Shown here: positions 52,440-64,000 of the stretch, in pieces
Layout of the letters: each line of letters opens with the position of its first letter
How positions within the stretch are numbered: the stretch's first letter is position 1
Assembly (NCBI GenBank): GCA_035221665.1
Contig: CM069160.1
Coordinates: forward strand, 15,376,001 to 15,440,000
Length of the DNA stretch: 64,000 bases
Direction: 5' to 3'
DNA from: Okamejei kenojei
Lineage: Eukaryota
Made by a program: the position numbers and the translations under genes
The notes under the pieces: model-generated
Database searches by the model: none
The model's input: only the letters and a program-made list of their open reading frames with translations
Told to the model about the DNA's origin: nothing

Positions 52440-53326
52440 GTACATTTGCACCCGACGGGGTCCACCAGCACCTTGATGTAGATGGTGTCGTTCCGGAGAT
52501 ACTGGCAGGGGCCCTTGTGCAGCAGGGCTTGCTGGGCAAAAGTTGGACAGCCGCTGGCCACGTTCATGTGTCGCTACAAGGGCTTCTGGAAGGAGCCGCT
52601 CAGGGAGTCGGGGGAGAAGGACTCCTTGAGGTGCCTCTGCCCCGCTTTGGTCCAGGAGCAACGAAGGTCACCTTCTGCCTGAAGGGCCAGGGGAGGACCT
52701 CGTCGAACTCCCCCCTCACCAGCGCCAGGGAAGAGCGAGACGTGGGCTTCCCTTTGCCCTCTCCCGTCGCCGTTGGGGTAAGATCCGGCAGCCACAGTAT
52801 CGGTAGCCGAACGGGTGGGTGGTGAAGTGCGGCGAGTAGATGACGGCCGCTGGCCGGACCTGGCGCCGAGAGGCGGGCCGAGAAGTTTCTTGATTTCCAC
52901 AAAAAACCAGGACCCCGTCGGTGCTGACGGGCCCCGGCCCCCCGAGACCCCCGCGCGCCCGCCCGCCGCCGTCTGCAGGCCCTGGATGACCTGCTCGTAC
53001 TGGAAAAAAAAAGGCACTTCTGCTGGAGGACCTCGATCACCTGGGCGTAGCGGTCCAGGTCCTTGTTCAGACCCCCACACACCACACCTCTCCAGGTCAT
53101 TGTCTGCCCGGCCGGCCAGCGACTGCAGGCCGGACCCCGCCCATGGGACCACCTCGCCCGCCGGCTCCTCGGACACTCTCCGGACGGCGTTCCGTGCGGA
53201 GTCCTGAAGCGTTGACCCTCCCTCCCCTGGTGACCCGGGGCGGAGACTGGTGGCCAGCGAGAGGAGGAGCAGGAGATGACTCTCCTGGGATGATCGGAGA
53301 TGGGCGGACATTTCATGCTGTGGCAG
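52440..53326 (-). pseudogene. Duplicated terminal TRAF exon (coiled coil + MATH), frameshifted orphan copy
   Basis: LPQHEMSAHLRSSQESHLLLLL..., NKDLDRYAQVIEVLQQK, LVRGEFDEVLPWPFRQKVTF, MNVASGCPTF...YLRNDTIYIKVLVD across several frames; no zinc-finger exons inside the duplicated unit. Confidence 0.75.
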
Positions 53327-54463
53327 CTGTGGATCAGAGAGGAACAGTGTTGGACATCCGACGAATGAAGAGGTTTATTGGCCAAGTATTCACATACAAG
53401 GAATTTGCCTTGGTGCTCCGCCCGCAAGTGAAAACATGACACACAGTGACAGTTAGGAATGACACATGAAACTTTAAACATTAATAATGAAACATTATCG
53501 ATTAAACATGTGAATTAAATAAAATACCAGAGCAAAAGGAGGCTACAGATTTTTGGTTATTGAGTAGAGCTACTACTCGTGGGAAAAAGGTGTTTTTACA
53601 TCTGTGGCATTATTAAACATTAATAATAAAACATTATTGATTGGACACACTATTGGCAGGAAACATGTAAGCAGGAGTAGGCCATTCGGCCCTTCAAGCC
53701 AGCACCGCCATTCAATGTGATCAAGGCTGATCATCCCCAATCAGTAGCCCGTTCCTGCCTTCTCCCCATATCCCCCGACTCTGCTATCTTTAAGAGCCCT
53801 ATCTAACTCTTTCTTGAAAGTATGCAGAGAACTGGCCTCCACCGCCCTCTGAGGCAGGGAATTCCACAGACTCACAACTCTATGGGTGAAAAAGTGTTTC
53901 CTCGTCTCTGTTATAAATGGCTTCCCCGTTATTCTTAAACTGTGGCCCCTGGTTCTGGACTCCCCCAAACATCGGGAACATGTTTCCTGCCTCTTGCGTG
54001 TTCAATCCCTTAATAATCTTTTTTGTTTCAATGAGATAGCCTCTCATCCTTCTAAACTCCAGAGTGTACAAGCCCAGCCGCTCCATTCTCTCAGCATATG
54101 ACAGTCCCACCATCCCGGGAATTGTGTCTCCCTCTGTCACATTTCCAGCCATGTTATTTCTGAATACCTCTGCAGCGGGCACAGAGTGCGGGTCAGGCAA
54201 CATCCCAGGCAGGAGAATGGGGTTAGGAGGGGAAAAATAGATCATCCACCATTTAGATGCAGGAAGATTGTTCTCGATGTTGGGGAAGTCCAGGACATGG
54301 GGGTCACAGCTTAAGGATAAGGGGGAAATCCTTTAAGACTGAGATGAGAAAGACTTTTTTCACACAGAGTGGTGAGTCTCTGGAACTCTCTGCCACAGAG
54401 GGTAGTTGAGGCCAGTTCATTGGCTATATTTAAGAGGGAGTTAGATGTGGCCCTTGTGGCTAA

Positions 54464-57400
54464 ATCCCCATATCCCCTGACTCCGCTATCTTTAAGAGCT
54501 CTGTCTAGCTCTCTCATGAAAGCATCCAGAGAACCGGCCTCCACCGCCCTCTGAGGCAGAGAATGCCACAGACTCACAACTCTCTGTGATAAAAAGTGTT
54601 TCCTCATCTCCTTACCCCTTATTCTTAAACTGTGTGACCCCTGGTTCTGGACTCCCCCAACATCGGGAGCATGTTTCCTGCCTCTAGCGTGTCCCAAACC
54701 CTTAATTAATCTTATATGCTTTCTAGATACCCTTCTCATCCTTCTAAATTCCAGACTATTTCCCGCCTCCATTCTCTCAGCATATGACAGTCCCGCCATC
54801 CCGGGAATTAACCTTGTAAACCTACGCTGCACTCCCTCAATAGCAAGAAAGTCCTTCCTCAAATTTTGGAGAGACCAAAAAACTGCACACAAAAATACTC
54901 CAGGTGTGGTCTCACTAGGGCCCTGGTACAAACTGCAGAAGGACCTCTTTTGCTTATACTCAAACTCCTCTTGTTATGAAAGGCCAACAGTCTGCCTTTT
55001 AGTCTTTTTTTGTTATTTTTAGTGTGTTTTTAAAGTTTGCTTTATGTGGGGGAGGTGGTGGTGGTGGGGTGAGGGGGAAACCTTTTTTGAACCAGCTCTG
55101 ACCCAGGGTCCGATCGCCCGGTGCGGGGGAGCTGAGATCCCCCCCGATGCGGGAGCTTGATCACCCGGATGCAGAGGGCCCGACGCCGGCTACGGAAGTC
55201 AAGATCGTCCCGTCAACGGAAGGCTCGAGGCCCCCACCCCCCAACCGGGGCTGAAGAGAACAAAGAAGGGAAGAGATTGAACTTAATTTTCGCCTTCCAT
55301 CACAGTGAGGAATGCGGAGGAGTCACTGTGGTGGATGTTTATGTTAAAAATGCTGTTTTGTGGGTCTTGTTGCTTTTTGATTGGTGTATAGACTGTATGG
55401 CAAATCAAATTCCTCATCTTTTTGCCAAAACATACCTGGCTAATAAAGCACGATTAAGATGAAAACTGCTCAACAATACTCCAAATGCAGTCTGACCAGG
55501 GCCATATAAAGCCACCTCAGCATTACATTCCCTGTTTTTTATATTCGTGTCCTCTCAAAGTAAAATGCGAACATTGCATTTGCCTTCCTTACTAACAATA
55601 GGTTGCAGGAGTGGGCCATTCGCCCTTCGAGCCAGCAAGGTTAGAGAATTCAATGTGTTCAAGGCTGCTCATCCCCAATCAGTATCCCGTTTCCTGCCTT
55701 ATCCGCCATATCCCCTGACTCCGCTATCTTAAGAGCCCTATTTATCTCTCTCTTTGAAAGCATCCAGAGCACCGGCCTCCACAAGCCCTCTGAGGTCAGA
55801 GAATTCACAGACTCACAACTCTGAAAAAGTGTTTCCTCATCTCTGTTCTAAATGGCTTATCCCTGATTCTTAAACTGTGGGCCCCTGGTTCTGGACTTCT
55901 CACAACTTCGGGAACATGTGTTTCCTGCCTCTAGCGTGTCCAAACCTTAATAAATCTTATATGTTTCAATAAGATCCCCTCTCATCCTTCTAAACTCCAG
56001 ACTATACAAGGCCCCCCAGCCGCTCCAGTCTCTCAGCAATATGAAATCCTGCCATCCGGGGAATTAATCTTGTAAACCTACGCTGCACTCCCTCAATAGC
56101 AAGAATGTCCTTCCTCAAATTTGGAGAACAAAACTGCACACAATACTCCAGGTGTGGTCTCACTATTGGGCCCTATACAACTGCAGAAGGACCTCTTTGC
56201 TCCTATACTCAACTCCTCTCGTTATGAAGGCCAAACATGCCCATTCGCTTTCTTCACTGCCTGCTGTACCTGCATGCTTACTTTCATTGACTGATGTACA
56301 AGGACCCCCAGAATCCCGTTGTACTTCCCCTCTTCCCAACTTGACACCATTTGGATAATAATCTGCCTTCCTGGGTGTGGTTCTTTGGTTTCCCCCCCAA
56401 CACTCCAAAGACGTTCATGTTTGTAGGTTAATTGGCTTGGTAAATATAAAAATTGTCCCTAGTGGGTGTAGGATAGTGTTAACGTGCGGGGATCGCTGGT
56501 GGGCGCAGGCGCCTGTTTCTGCGCTGTATCTCTAAACTAAAATATGATACATCACAGAAACGAGCCCATCAGCCCACCAACTCCGTGCCAACACCCCATA
56601 CACTAGCACCAACCTACACATGAGGGACTATTTTACAACTCGCCCTAGCCAATTAACCTACAGATCTGCACGTCTCTGGGATGTGGGAGGAAACCGGAGC
56701 ACCCGGAGGAAACCCACACGGTCACAGGGAGAATGTACAGTTCAAACTCCATACAGACCGGATCGAACACCGTGTCTCTGGCACTTAGAGGCAGCAATTC
56801 TACTGCTGCGCTATTATGCTGCCTTGGAAAATAGACTGTGCATTCCCACCCTATCTATACCCCTCGAGATTTTCTACACACCTCGGTAGGGTCACACACC
56901 TCACGTCCCTCTTGCCTGAGAAGCAACTAAGTGTATTTTAAAAAAACTTGTGCAAAGAAACCCACAGCAGCTTGAGAACGTTCATCAACTTTTATTAACA
57001 ATTAGCACGATAGTTGCATTATTACAAAAGAAATATTAAGAGTCAATAAATTAGTCACACCAATAAAATAAATAAAATAGAACCTGGTTTAATAAGGATT
57101 AAAGTGCAGTGAACAGGTGGTAAAGTGCAAATATTGTGCAATGGCTGCTGAGAAAGTGCAGATGTTTTTTTAAAAGTGCGCAGGCAATGCGAGGTAGATT
57201 GGAAGATCCGGACATTCGCCCCGACGGATGAGACGGCCACCTGAGAATCTCACAACAGGAGGGGAAGAATCTGTTCCTGAATCTATCGACGTGCTGTCAG
57301 GCTTTGTCGAGCCGGAGAGGGAGAAGCGGGAATTGACCGGGTGGGAGCTGTCCTGGAGGGTTAAGCATGTTCATTTGTGATTTCTGAGGCACTATTTGGT

Positions 57401-60400
57401 CTTGCGATTGAAGCAGTGCAGCGGAGGTTCACGAGATTGATCCCTGGATGGCGGGACTGTCATATGAGGAAAGATTGAAAAGACTAACCTTGTATTCACG
57501 GGAGTTTAGAAGGATGAGTGGGGGGTGCAATCTTTATTAGAAACCGGAGCACCGGAGAAAACCCCACACGGTCACAGGGAGGAGCCACAACTCGTACAGA
57601 CAGCACCCGTATCAGATCGAAACCCGGTCTCTGGCGCTGTGAGGCAGCAACTCTACCGCTGCGCCACCATGCCACATTAACAGAATTCTGGTAAATAGTG
57701 TATGGTGTTACAATGAGATATATTGCTATTGTCTATTGAGTAGCAAACAGTTATGTTCATATTTTCCTAATCTTATTTTTAAAAAAAACTTCAGTAGCGA
57801 TATATTTTAACCGCCACTGTACTCAAAATAGTTTGATAGGTTAAAAAAAATAAGTTAGATACAAATTAAGCATTCTTCTACACTGTATACACACACACAC
57901 ACGTATTGAAACATATAACATTATTAAAGGGTTTGGACACGCTAGAGGCAGGAAACATGTTCCCGATGTTGGGGGAGTCCAGAACCAGGGGCCACACAGT
58001 TTAAGAATAAAGGGGCGTAAGCCATTTAGAATGGAGACGAGGAAACACTTTTTCTCACAGACTGAGAGTTTGTGAGTCCTGTGGAATTCTCTGCCTCAGG
58101 GAGGGCGGTGGAGGCCGGTTTCTCTGGATACTTTCAAGAGAGCTAGATGGGGGGCGGAGTCAGGCGATATGGGGAGATGGCAGGAAGGGGGTACTAATTG
58201 GGGATGATCAGCCATGATCATATTGAATGGCGGTGCTGGCTCGAAGGGCCGAATGGCCTACTCCTGCACCTATTGTCTATTGATCACATTGAATGGCGGT
58301 GCTGGCTCGAAGGGCCGAATGGCCTACTCCTGCACCTGTTGTTCACAAGGAATAGCTGTGCTTGCTCGAAGGGCCGAATGACCTACTCCTGCACCTATCG
58401 TCTGTTGTACACGTACACACACACACAAACACTCAGAGTGAAGGCCCATAGCCACTGCCTCGTTACAATTCTCTAGAGCAGGGATGGCACGGAATGCCAT
58501 CGAGTCGACTCTCTGGAGAAGTGGCGGAGGGTTCAGTTCGAGATGCCCCCCACACCGACCCGCCAAACGCCCTCCGGAAGTGACGGCAGGGGCTGGTCCC
58601 CACAAGTCTCAAGCAAGTCACATTTGCACTCCGACGGGGTCCACCAGCACCTTGATGTAGATGGTGTCGTTCCGGAGATAGTGGCAGGGGCCCTTGTGCA
58701 GCAGGGCATGCTGGGCAAAAGTTGGACAGCCACTGGCCACGTTCATGTGGCTACAGGGCTTCTGGAAGGAGCCGCTCAGGGAGTCGGGGGAGAAGGACTC
58801 CTTGAGGTGCCTCTGCCCCGCTTGGTCCAGGAGCACGAAGGTCACCTTCTGCCTGAAGGGGCCAGGGGGAGGACCTCGTCGTACTCCCCCCCTCACCAGC
58901 GCCAGGAAGAGCGAGACGTGGCTTCCCTTGCCCGCCCCGTCGCCGTTGGGGTAGATCCGGCAGCACATCCGGTAGCCGAACGGGTGGGTGGTGAAGTGCG
59001 GCGAGTAGAATGACGGCCGCCTGGCCGACCTGGCCGCCGAGAGGCGGGGCCGAGAAGTTCTTGATCTTCCACACCAGGACCCCGTCGGTGCTGACGGGCC
59101 CCGGCCCCCCGAGACCCCCGGCGCGCCCGCCCGCCGTCTGCAGGCCCTGGATGACCTGCTCGTACTGGAGGCACTTCTGCTGGAGGACCTCGATCACCTG
59201 GGCGTAGCGGTCCAGGTCCTTGTTCAGCCCACACACCCACCTCTCCAGGTTGTCTGCCCGGCTCCGGCCAGCGACTTACTGCAGGCCGGACCCCCCCCCC
59301 TGGGACCACCTCGCCGCCGGGCTCCTCGACACTCTCCGGACGGCGTCCGTGCGGAGTCCTGAAGCGTTGACCCTCCCTCCCCTGGTGACCCGGGGCGGAG
59401 AGCTGGTGGCCAGCGAGAGGAGGAGCAGGAGATGACTCTCCTGGGATGATCGGAGATGGCGGACATTTCATGCTGTGGCAGCTGTGGATCAGAGAGGAAC
59501 AGTGTTGGACATCCGACGAATGAAGACGTTTATTGGCCAAGTATTCACATACAAGAATTTGCCTTGGTGCTCCGCCCGCAAGTGAAAAACATGACATACA
59601 GTGTGACACATGAAACTTTAAACATTAATAATGAAACATTATCGATTAAACATGTGAATTTAAATAAAATACCAGAGCAAAAGGAGGCTACAGATTTTTG
59701 GTTATTGAGTAGAGCTACTACTCGTGGGAAAAAAGGTGTTTTTTACGTCTGGCTGTGGCATTATTAAACATTAATAATAAAACATTATTGATTGGACACA
59801 CTATTGGCAGGAAACATGTTGAAAATTGACAATAGGTGCAGGAGTAGGCCATTCGGCCCTTCGAGCCAGCACCGCCATTCAATGTGATCAAGGCTGATCA
59901 TCACCAATCAGTACCCCATTCCTGCCTTCTCCCCATATCCCCCGACTCTGCTATCTTTAAGAGCCCTATCTAACTCTTTCTTGAAAGTATGCAGAGAACT
60001 GGCCTCCACCGCCCTCTGAGGCAGGGAATTCCACAGACTCACAACTCTATGGGTGAAAAAGTGTTTCCTCGTCTCCGTATAAATGGCTTCCCCGTTTTAT
60101 TTCTTAAACTGTGGCCCCTGGGTTCTGGACTCCCCCAAACATCGGGAACATGATTCCTGCCTCTTGCGTGTCCAATCCCTTAATAATCTTTTTTGTTTCA
60201 ATGAGGGATAGCCTCTCATCCCATAAATTCCAGAGTGTACAGCCAGCCCAGCCACTTCCCATTCTCTCATGATATGACAGTCCCGCCATCCCGGGAATTG
60301 GTGTCTCCCTCTGACACATTTCCAGCCATCTTATTATTTCTGAATACCTCTGCAGCGGGCACAGAGTGTGGTCAGGCAGCGTCCCAGGCAGGAGAATGGA

Positions 60401-60645
60401 GTTAGGAGGGGAAAAATAGATCATCCCACATTTAGATGCAGGAAGATTGTTCCCGATGTTGGGGAAGTCCAGGAACAAGGGGTCACAGCTTAAGGATAAG
60501 GGGGAAAATCCTTTAAGACCGAGTTGAGAAAGACTTTTTTCACACAGAGAGTGGTGAGTCTCTGGAACTCTCTGCCACAGAGGGTAGTTGAGGCCAGTTC
60601 ATTGGCTATATTTAAGAGGGAGTAAGATGTGGCCCTAGTGGCTAA
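54464..60645. repeat. Tandem segmental duplication, copy B (~6.2 kb)
   Basis: See copy A; junction cccttgtggctaa|atccccatatcccctgactcc. Confidence 0.9.
58618..59481 (-). CDS. TRAF-family protein, terminal exon (end of zinc finger, coiled coil, MATH/TRAF-C); TRAF2/3/5-like
   Basis: Acceptor ctctctgatccacag; STDGVLVWKIKNF...FYSPHFTTHPFGYRMCCRIYPNGDGAGKGSHVSLFLALVRG...WPFRQKVTFVLLDQAGQRHLKESFSPDSLSGSFQKPCSHMNVASGCPTF...YLRNDTIYIKVLVD, ending in TGA; a few 1-nt indels. Confidence 0.9.
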
Positions 60646-61453
60646 GGATCAGGGGGGGTATGGAGAGAAGGCAGGTACGGGATACTGAGTTGGATGATCA
60701 GCCATGATCATATTGAATGGCGGTGCAGGTTCGAAGGGCCGAATGGCCTACTCCTGCACCTAATTTCTATGTTTCTATGTTTCTATGAATGGTGGGGTAG
60801 ACTTGATGGGCCGAAATGGCCTAACTTCTGACTGAGAGATAGGGAAGTCTATAGCAAAACAGAGCTGTCAGGAGATGATCTCAGGAAGATTGTAGTCCAT
60901 AATGGCCCGACAGAACCATCCTCTCACCAACTAGAGAGCGGTCCTGACCTCCCATCTACCTCATTGGAGACCCTCGGACTATCTTTAATCGGACTTTGTC
61001 TTGCACTAAACGCTGTTCCCTTTATCCAGCATCTGTACACTGTGGGTGACTTGATGGTAATCATTTATAATCTTTCCACTGACAGGATAACATGCAAGAA
61101 AAAAACATATTTTCACTGTACCTCAGTGCACGGGACTACAAACTATACTGCAGTTTAGTTATCCAGAAGGGATATGGGCCAAAGGCAGGCGGGTGGAACT
61201 TGTGTAGCTGGGACATGTTGGCCGGTGTGGGCAAGTGGGGCCAAAAGGTCTGTTTCCACGCTGTATCACTCTATGACAATGATAGAGGGATATGGGCCAA
61301 AGGCAGGCGGGTGGGACGAGTGTAGCTGGGACATGTTGTGGGCAAGTTTTCCACGCTGTATGTGAACGAATGAACAGTCCTGCATGACCATACGTGGCTT
61401 CAACACGTTGCTGGGAGAGCTCACTAGTTTTGAGTGGGTGCGAGGGTACTAAC

Positions 61454-61540
61454 CTGGACTGAACAGCCGACCTCCTTAAAGGGACAGGCCACCTTCAACT
61501 TGGGACAGGCGCCAAGGACAGGGTCACAATGTTGCTCCAG
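61454..61540 (-). CDS. TRAF zinc-finger exon
   Basis: Intact 87-nt phase 0-0 exon (ttttcctcctgcag / gttagt): LEQHCDPVLGACPKLKVACPFKEVGCSVQ. Confidence 0.88.
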
Positions 61541-62079
61541 CTGCAGGAGGAAAACATGGCGTCAGTTGCTGAGCTTGTTCTCGACTCGCACTGTGGGTGG
61601 CACAGTGGCAGAGCCCACTGCACCAGAGACTCGGGTTCAATCCCCACCTCGGGTGCTGTTTGTGTGTGTGGTGTGCACGTGTGTGTGTGTGTGTGTGTGT
61701 GTGCGTGCATCACGCGCCTGCATGCGTGCACCCCATCCGGGTGCTCCGGTTTCGTCCAACTTCCCAAAGACGTGCAGGATTGTAGCTTAATGGGCCCTCT
61801 GTAAATTAATCCCGAGTTTGTAGGAAATGGGATCGAAACATAGAACTGGTGTGAACAAGTGGTTGTAACGGTAGAGTTACTTTTATGCAGTGTCTGTAAT
61901 GGAGTTTGCACCTCTCCCCGTGACCTGCGCTCGTTTTCTCCGGTGCTTCAGTTTCCTCCCACACTCCAAAGATGTGCAGGTTTGTAGGTTAAAATGGCTT
62001 TCGGAAAATTACAAATTGTCCTTCGTTGTGTAGAATAGTGCTGGTGTAAACTGACGCTCAGGAGAAGCTGAGTGCCTGT

Positions 62080-62126
62080 GAGTAAGAGAGGAGAGGGGAG
62101 ACGGAGAGGAGAGAGGGGAGAGGAGG

Positions 62127-62178
<52 letters not shown>

Positions 62179-62233
62179 GAGAGTCTAGGTGGGGGGGAGA
62201 GAGAAGAGAGAGAGGAGAGCGACAGAGAGAGAG
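62080..62233. repeat. (GA)n microsatellite next to an assembly gap
   Basis: Visible gagaga run ending at an N-gap. Confidence 0.95.
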
Positions 62234-63066
62234 NNNNNNNNNNNNNNNNNNNNNNNNNNNNNNNNNNNNNNNNNNNNNNNNNNNNNNNNNNNNNNNNNNN
62301 NNNNNNNNNNNNNNNNNNNNNNNNNNNNNNNNNNNNNNNNNNNNNNNNNNNNNNNNNNNNNNNNNNNNNNNNNNNNNNNNNNNNNNNNNNNNNNNNNNNN
62401 NNNNNNNNNNNNNNNNNNNNNNNNNNNNNNNNNNNNNNNNNNNNNNNNNNNNNNNNNNNNNNNNNNNNNNNNNNNNNNNNNNNNNNNNNNNNNNNNNNNN
62501 NNNNNNNNNNNNNNNNNNNNNNNNNNNNNNNNNNNNNNNNNNNNNNNNNNNNNNNNNNNNNNNNNNNNNNNNNNNNNNNNNNNNNNNNNNNNNNNNNNNN
62601 NAAACCGGAGGATCCCAGAGAAAACCCAAACATCACGGGGAGAAACGTGCAAACTCCGTACAGACAGCACCCGTAGTCGGGATCGAAAAGCCCGGTCTCA
62701 GGAACTGTGAGGCAGCAACTCTACTGCTGAGCCACCGTGCTGCCCTTGATACACACACTCACTCTCTCACACACACACGCTCATTCATACAGTCTCACAC
62801 ACTCTCACATTCACAACATGGTCCTCACAGTCTCGCTCGCAACGCACTCTCAACTCGCCCCGCGCGCACAGCACACACTCGCCCTCTCTCTCGCACACTA
62901 CCAACACCTCTCACTCACACTCGCGCACACTATGGAAGCCATTAACCCATGACCCGGCGCCTCTTTGGGACGTGGGTGGAAAATGGGAGCATCCTGAAGG
63001 AATTCTGTGGTCACCGGGGAGAACATGCGAAGTTGCACAGGGATCTCTCCCTCCGGGGGCTCTTAC

Positions 63067-63138
63067 CCCGGTCTTTTGTTAAGTAGGACTGTCCACAGTG
63101 AGGGCAGCTCTCCTGCTTCCCACAGTCGCCATGTGGTC
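63067..63138 (-). CDS. TRAF zinc-finger exon (compensating indels)
   Basis: tttgtcttgcag | 72 nt | gtaaga; DHMA then, after a frameshift, CGKQESCPHCGQSYLTKDR. Confidence 0.75.
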
Positions 63139-63906
63139 CTGCAAGACAAAACGGGCGCAATCAGCGGCGGGAGACAGAGCGTGCGCCGCGACGGGAACGG
63201 GATTGACAACGGTACACGAGGAACTCACTGACATTTTAACGCCAGGCACTGGACACACGCACGGTAATCCATCAACGCAACCCCCAGCCTCCATCCACTG
63301 ACTCAACCTACACCTCCACGCTGCCTCCGGCAAGGCCAGCAGCATCATCAAGGACCAGTCTCACCCTCCGGTTCCTTCATCCATCTCTTCTTCTTCTACT
63401 TTCTTCTATCTTCTTCCTTTCTCTTCTCTTCCTTCTCTCGCTCACTCCCTCTCTCTCCCCTCTCCCATCGGGCAAGAGGTACAGAAGGGATACAAACGCA
63501 CGCACGCACACCTCCAGATTCAGGGACAGTTTCTTCCCGGCTGTTATCAGGCAACTGAACCATCCCACCACCAACTAGAGAGCGGTGCTGAACTGCTATC
63601 TACCTCATTGGTGACCCTCGGACTATCCTTGATCGGACTCTGCTGGCTTTAACCTTGCACTAAACAAACTTTATTTTAGTTTAGTTTAGTTTGGAGATAC
63701 AGCACACGGAAACAGGCCCTTCGGCCCACCGGGCCCGTGCCCACCAGTGATCCCCACACACTAACATCATCCTATACCCACTAGGGACAATTTTTACAAT
63801 TAACCTATTGTCCCTTTTGGCCACCTCGTGTCCCTTATCTGGGAGTGAGAAGGTGGGCAACCCGATTGATGGACCTTACGGGCCAGAGTTGGCACCGTAC
63901 ACTCAC

Positions 63907-64000
63907 CGCCAGCAGGTTGTGGGCGCAGAAGGTCTCGCAACGGGGGCAGCGTTCCATCCGCCACCTACACTCGCGGCTTCTCGTGAAGCTCCATCTCCCT
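63907..64000 (-). CDS. TRAF zinc-finger exon, cut by the window edge
   Basis: REMELHE then, after a frameshift, RECRWRMERCPRCETFCAHNLLA; donor gtgagt at 63906-63901. Confidence 0.8.

Larger units (their letters stand above)
48335..54463. repeat. Tandem segmental duplication, copy A (~6.1 kb)
   Basis: Colinear with 54464-60645, including unique segments such as aagaaacccacagcagc, the TRAF exon and ctgaatacctctgcagcgggcacagag. Confidence 0.9.

Noticed and set aside
52343-53439. Plus-strand ORFs over the TRAF exon (also 58543-59435)
   Set aside because: Antisense shadows of a GC-rich coding exon

Overview
Eukaryotic, repeat-dense genomic DNA. The tRNA-headed HE1-type SINEs, CR1/HER1-type LINEs and Penelope-like elements point to a cartilaginous fish, probably a skate or ray (inference). 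The consensus is indel-rich and has five N-gaps, so most exons show small frameshifts that may be sequencing error. Two convergent host genes can be read between the repeats. (1) Plus strand, about 11.8-47.7 kb: an IgSF receptor with two tandem germline-joined VJ-type domains resembling NKp30/NCR3 (11780-12114, 15640-15972), a transmembrane exon (17308-17436) and a chain of small cytoplasmic exons, several carrying tyrosine motifs (YxxM, ITIM-like, YxxL). (2) Minus strand, 64 kb down to about 58.6 kb: the 3' half of a divergent TRAF-family gene, with three zinc-finger exons and one large coiled-coil + MATH exon. That last exon occurs twice because of a ~6.15 kb tandem duplication (48.3-60.6 kb), which may be real or an assembly artefact. 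The rest is decayed mobile DNA: DIRS, L1, CR1, Rex1, Penelope-like elements with minimal hammerhead cores, Gypsy gag fragments, MITEs and simple repeats.
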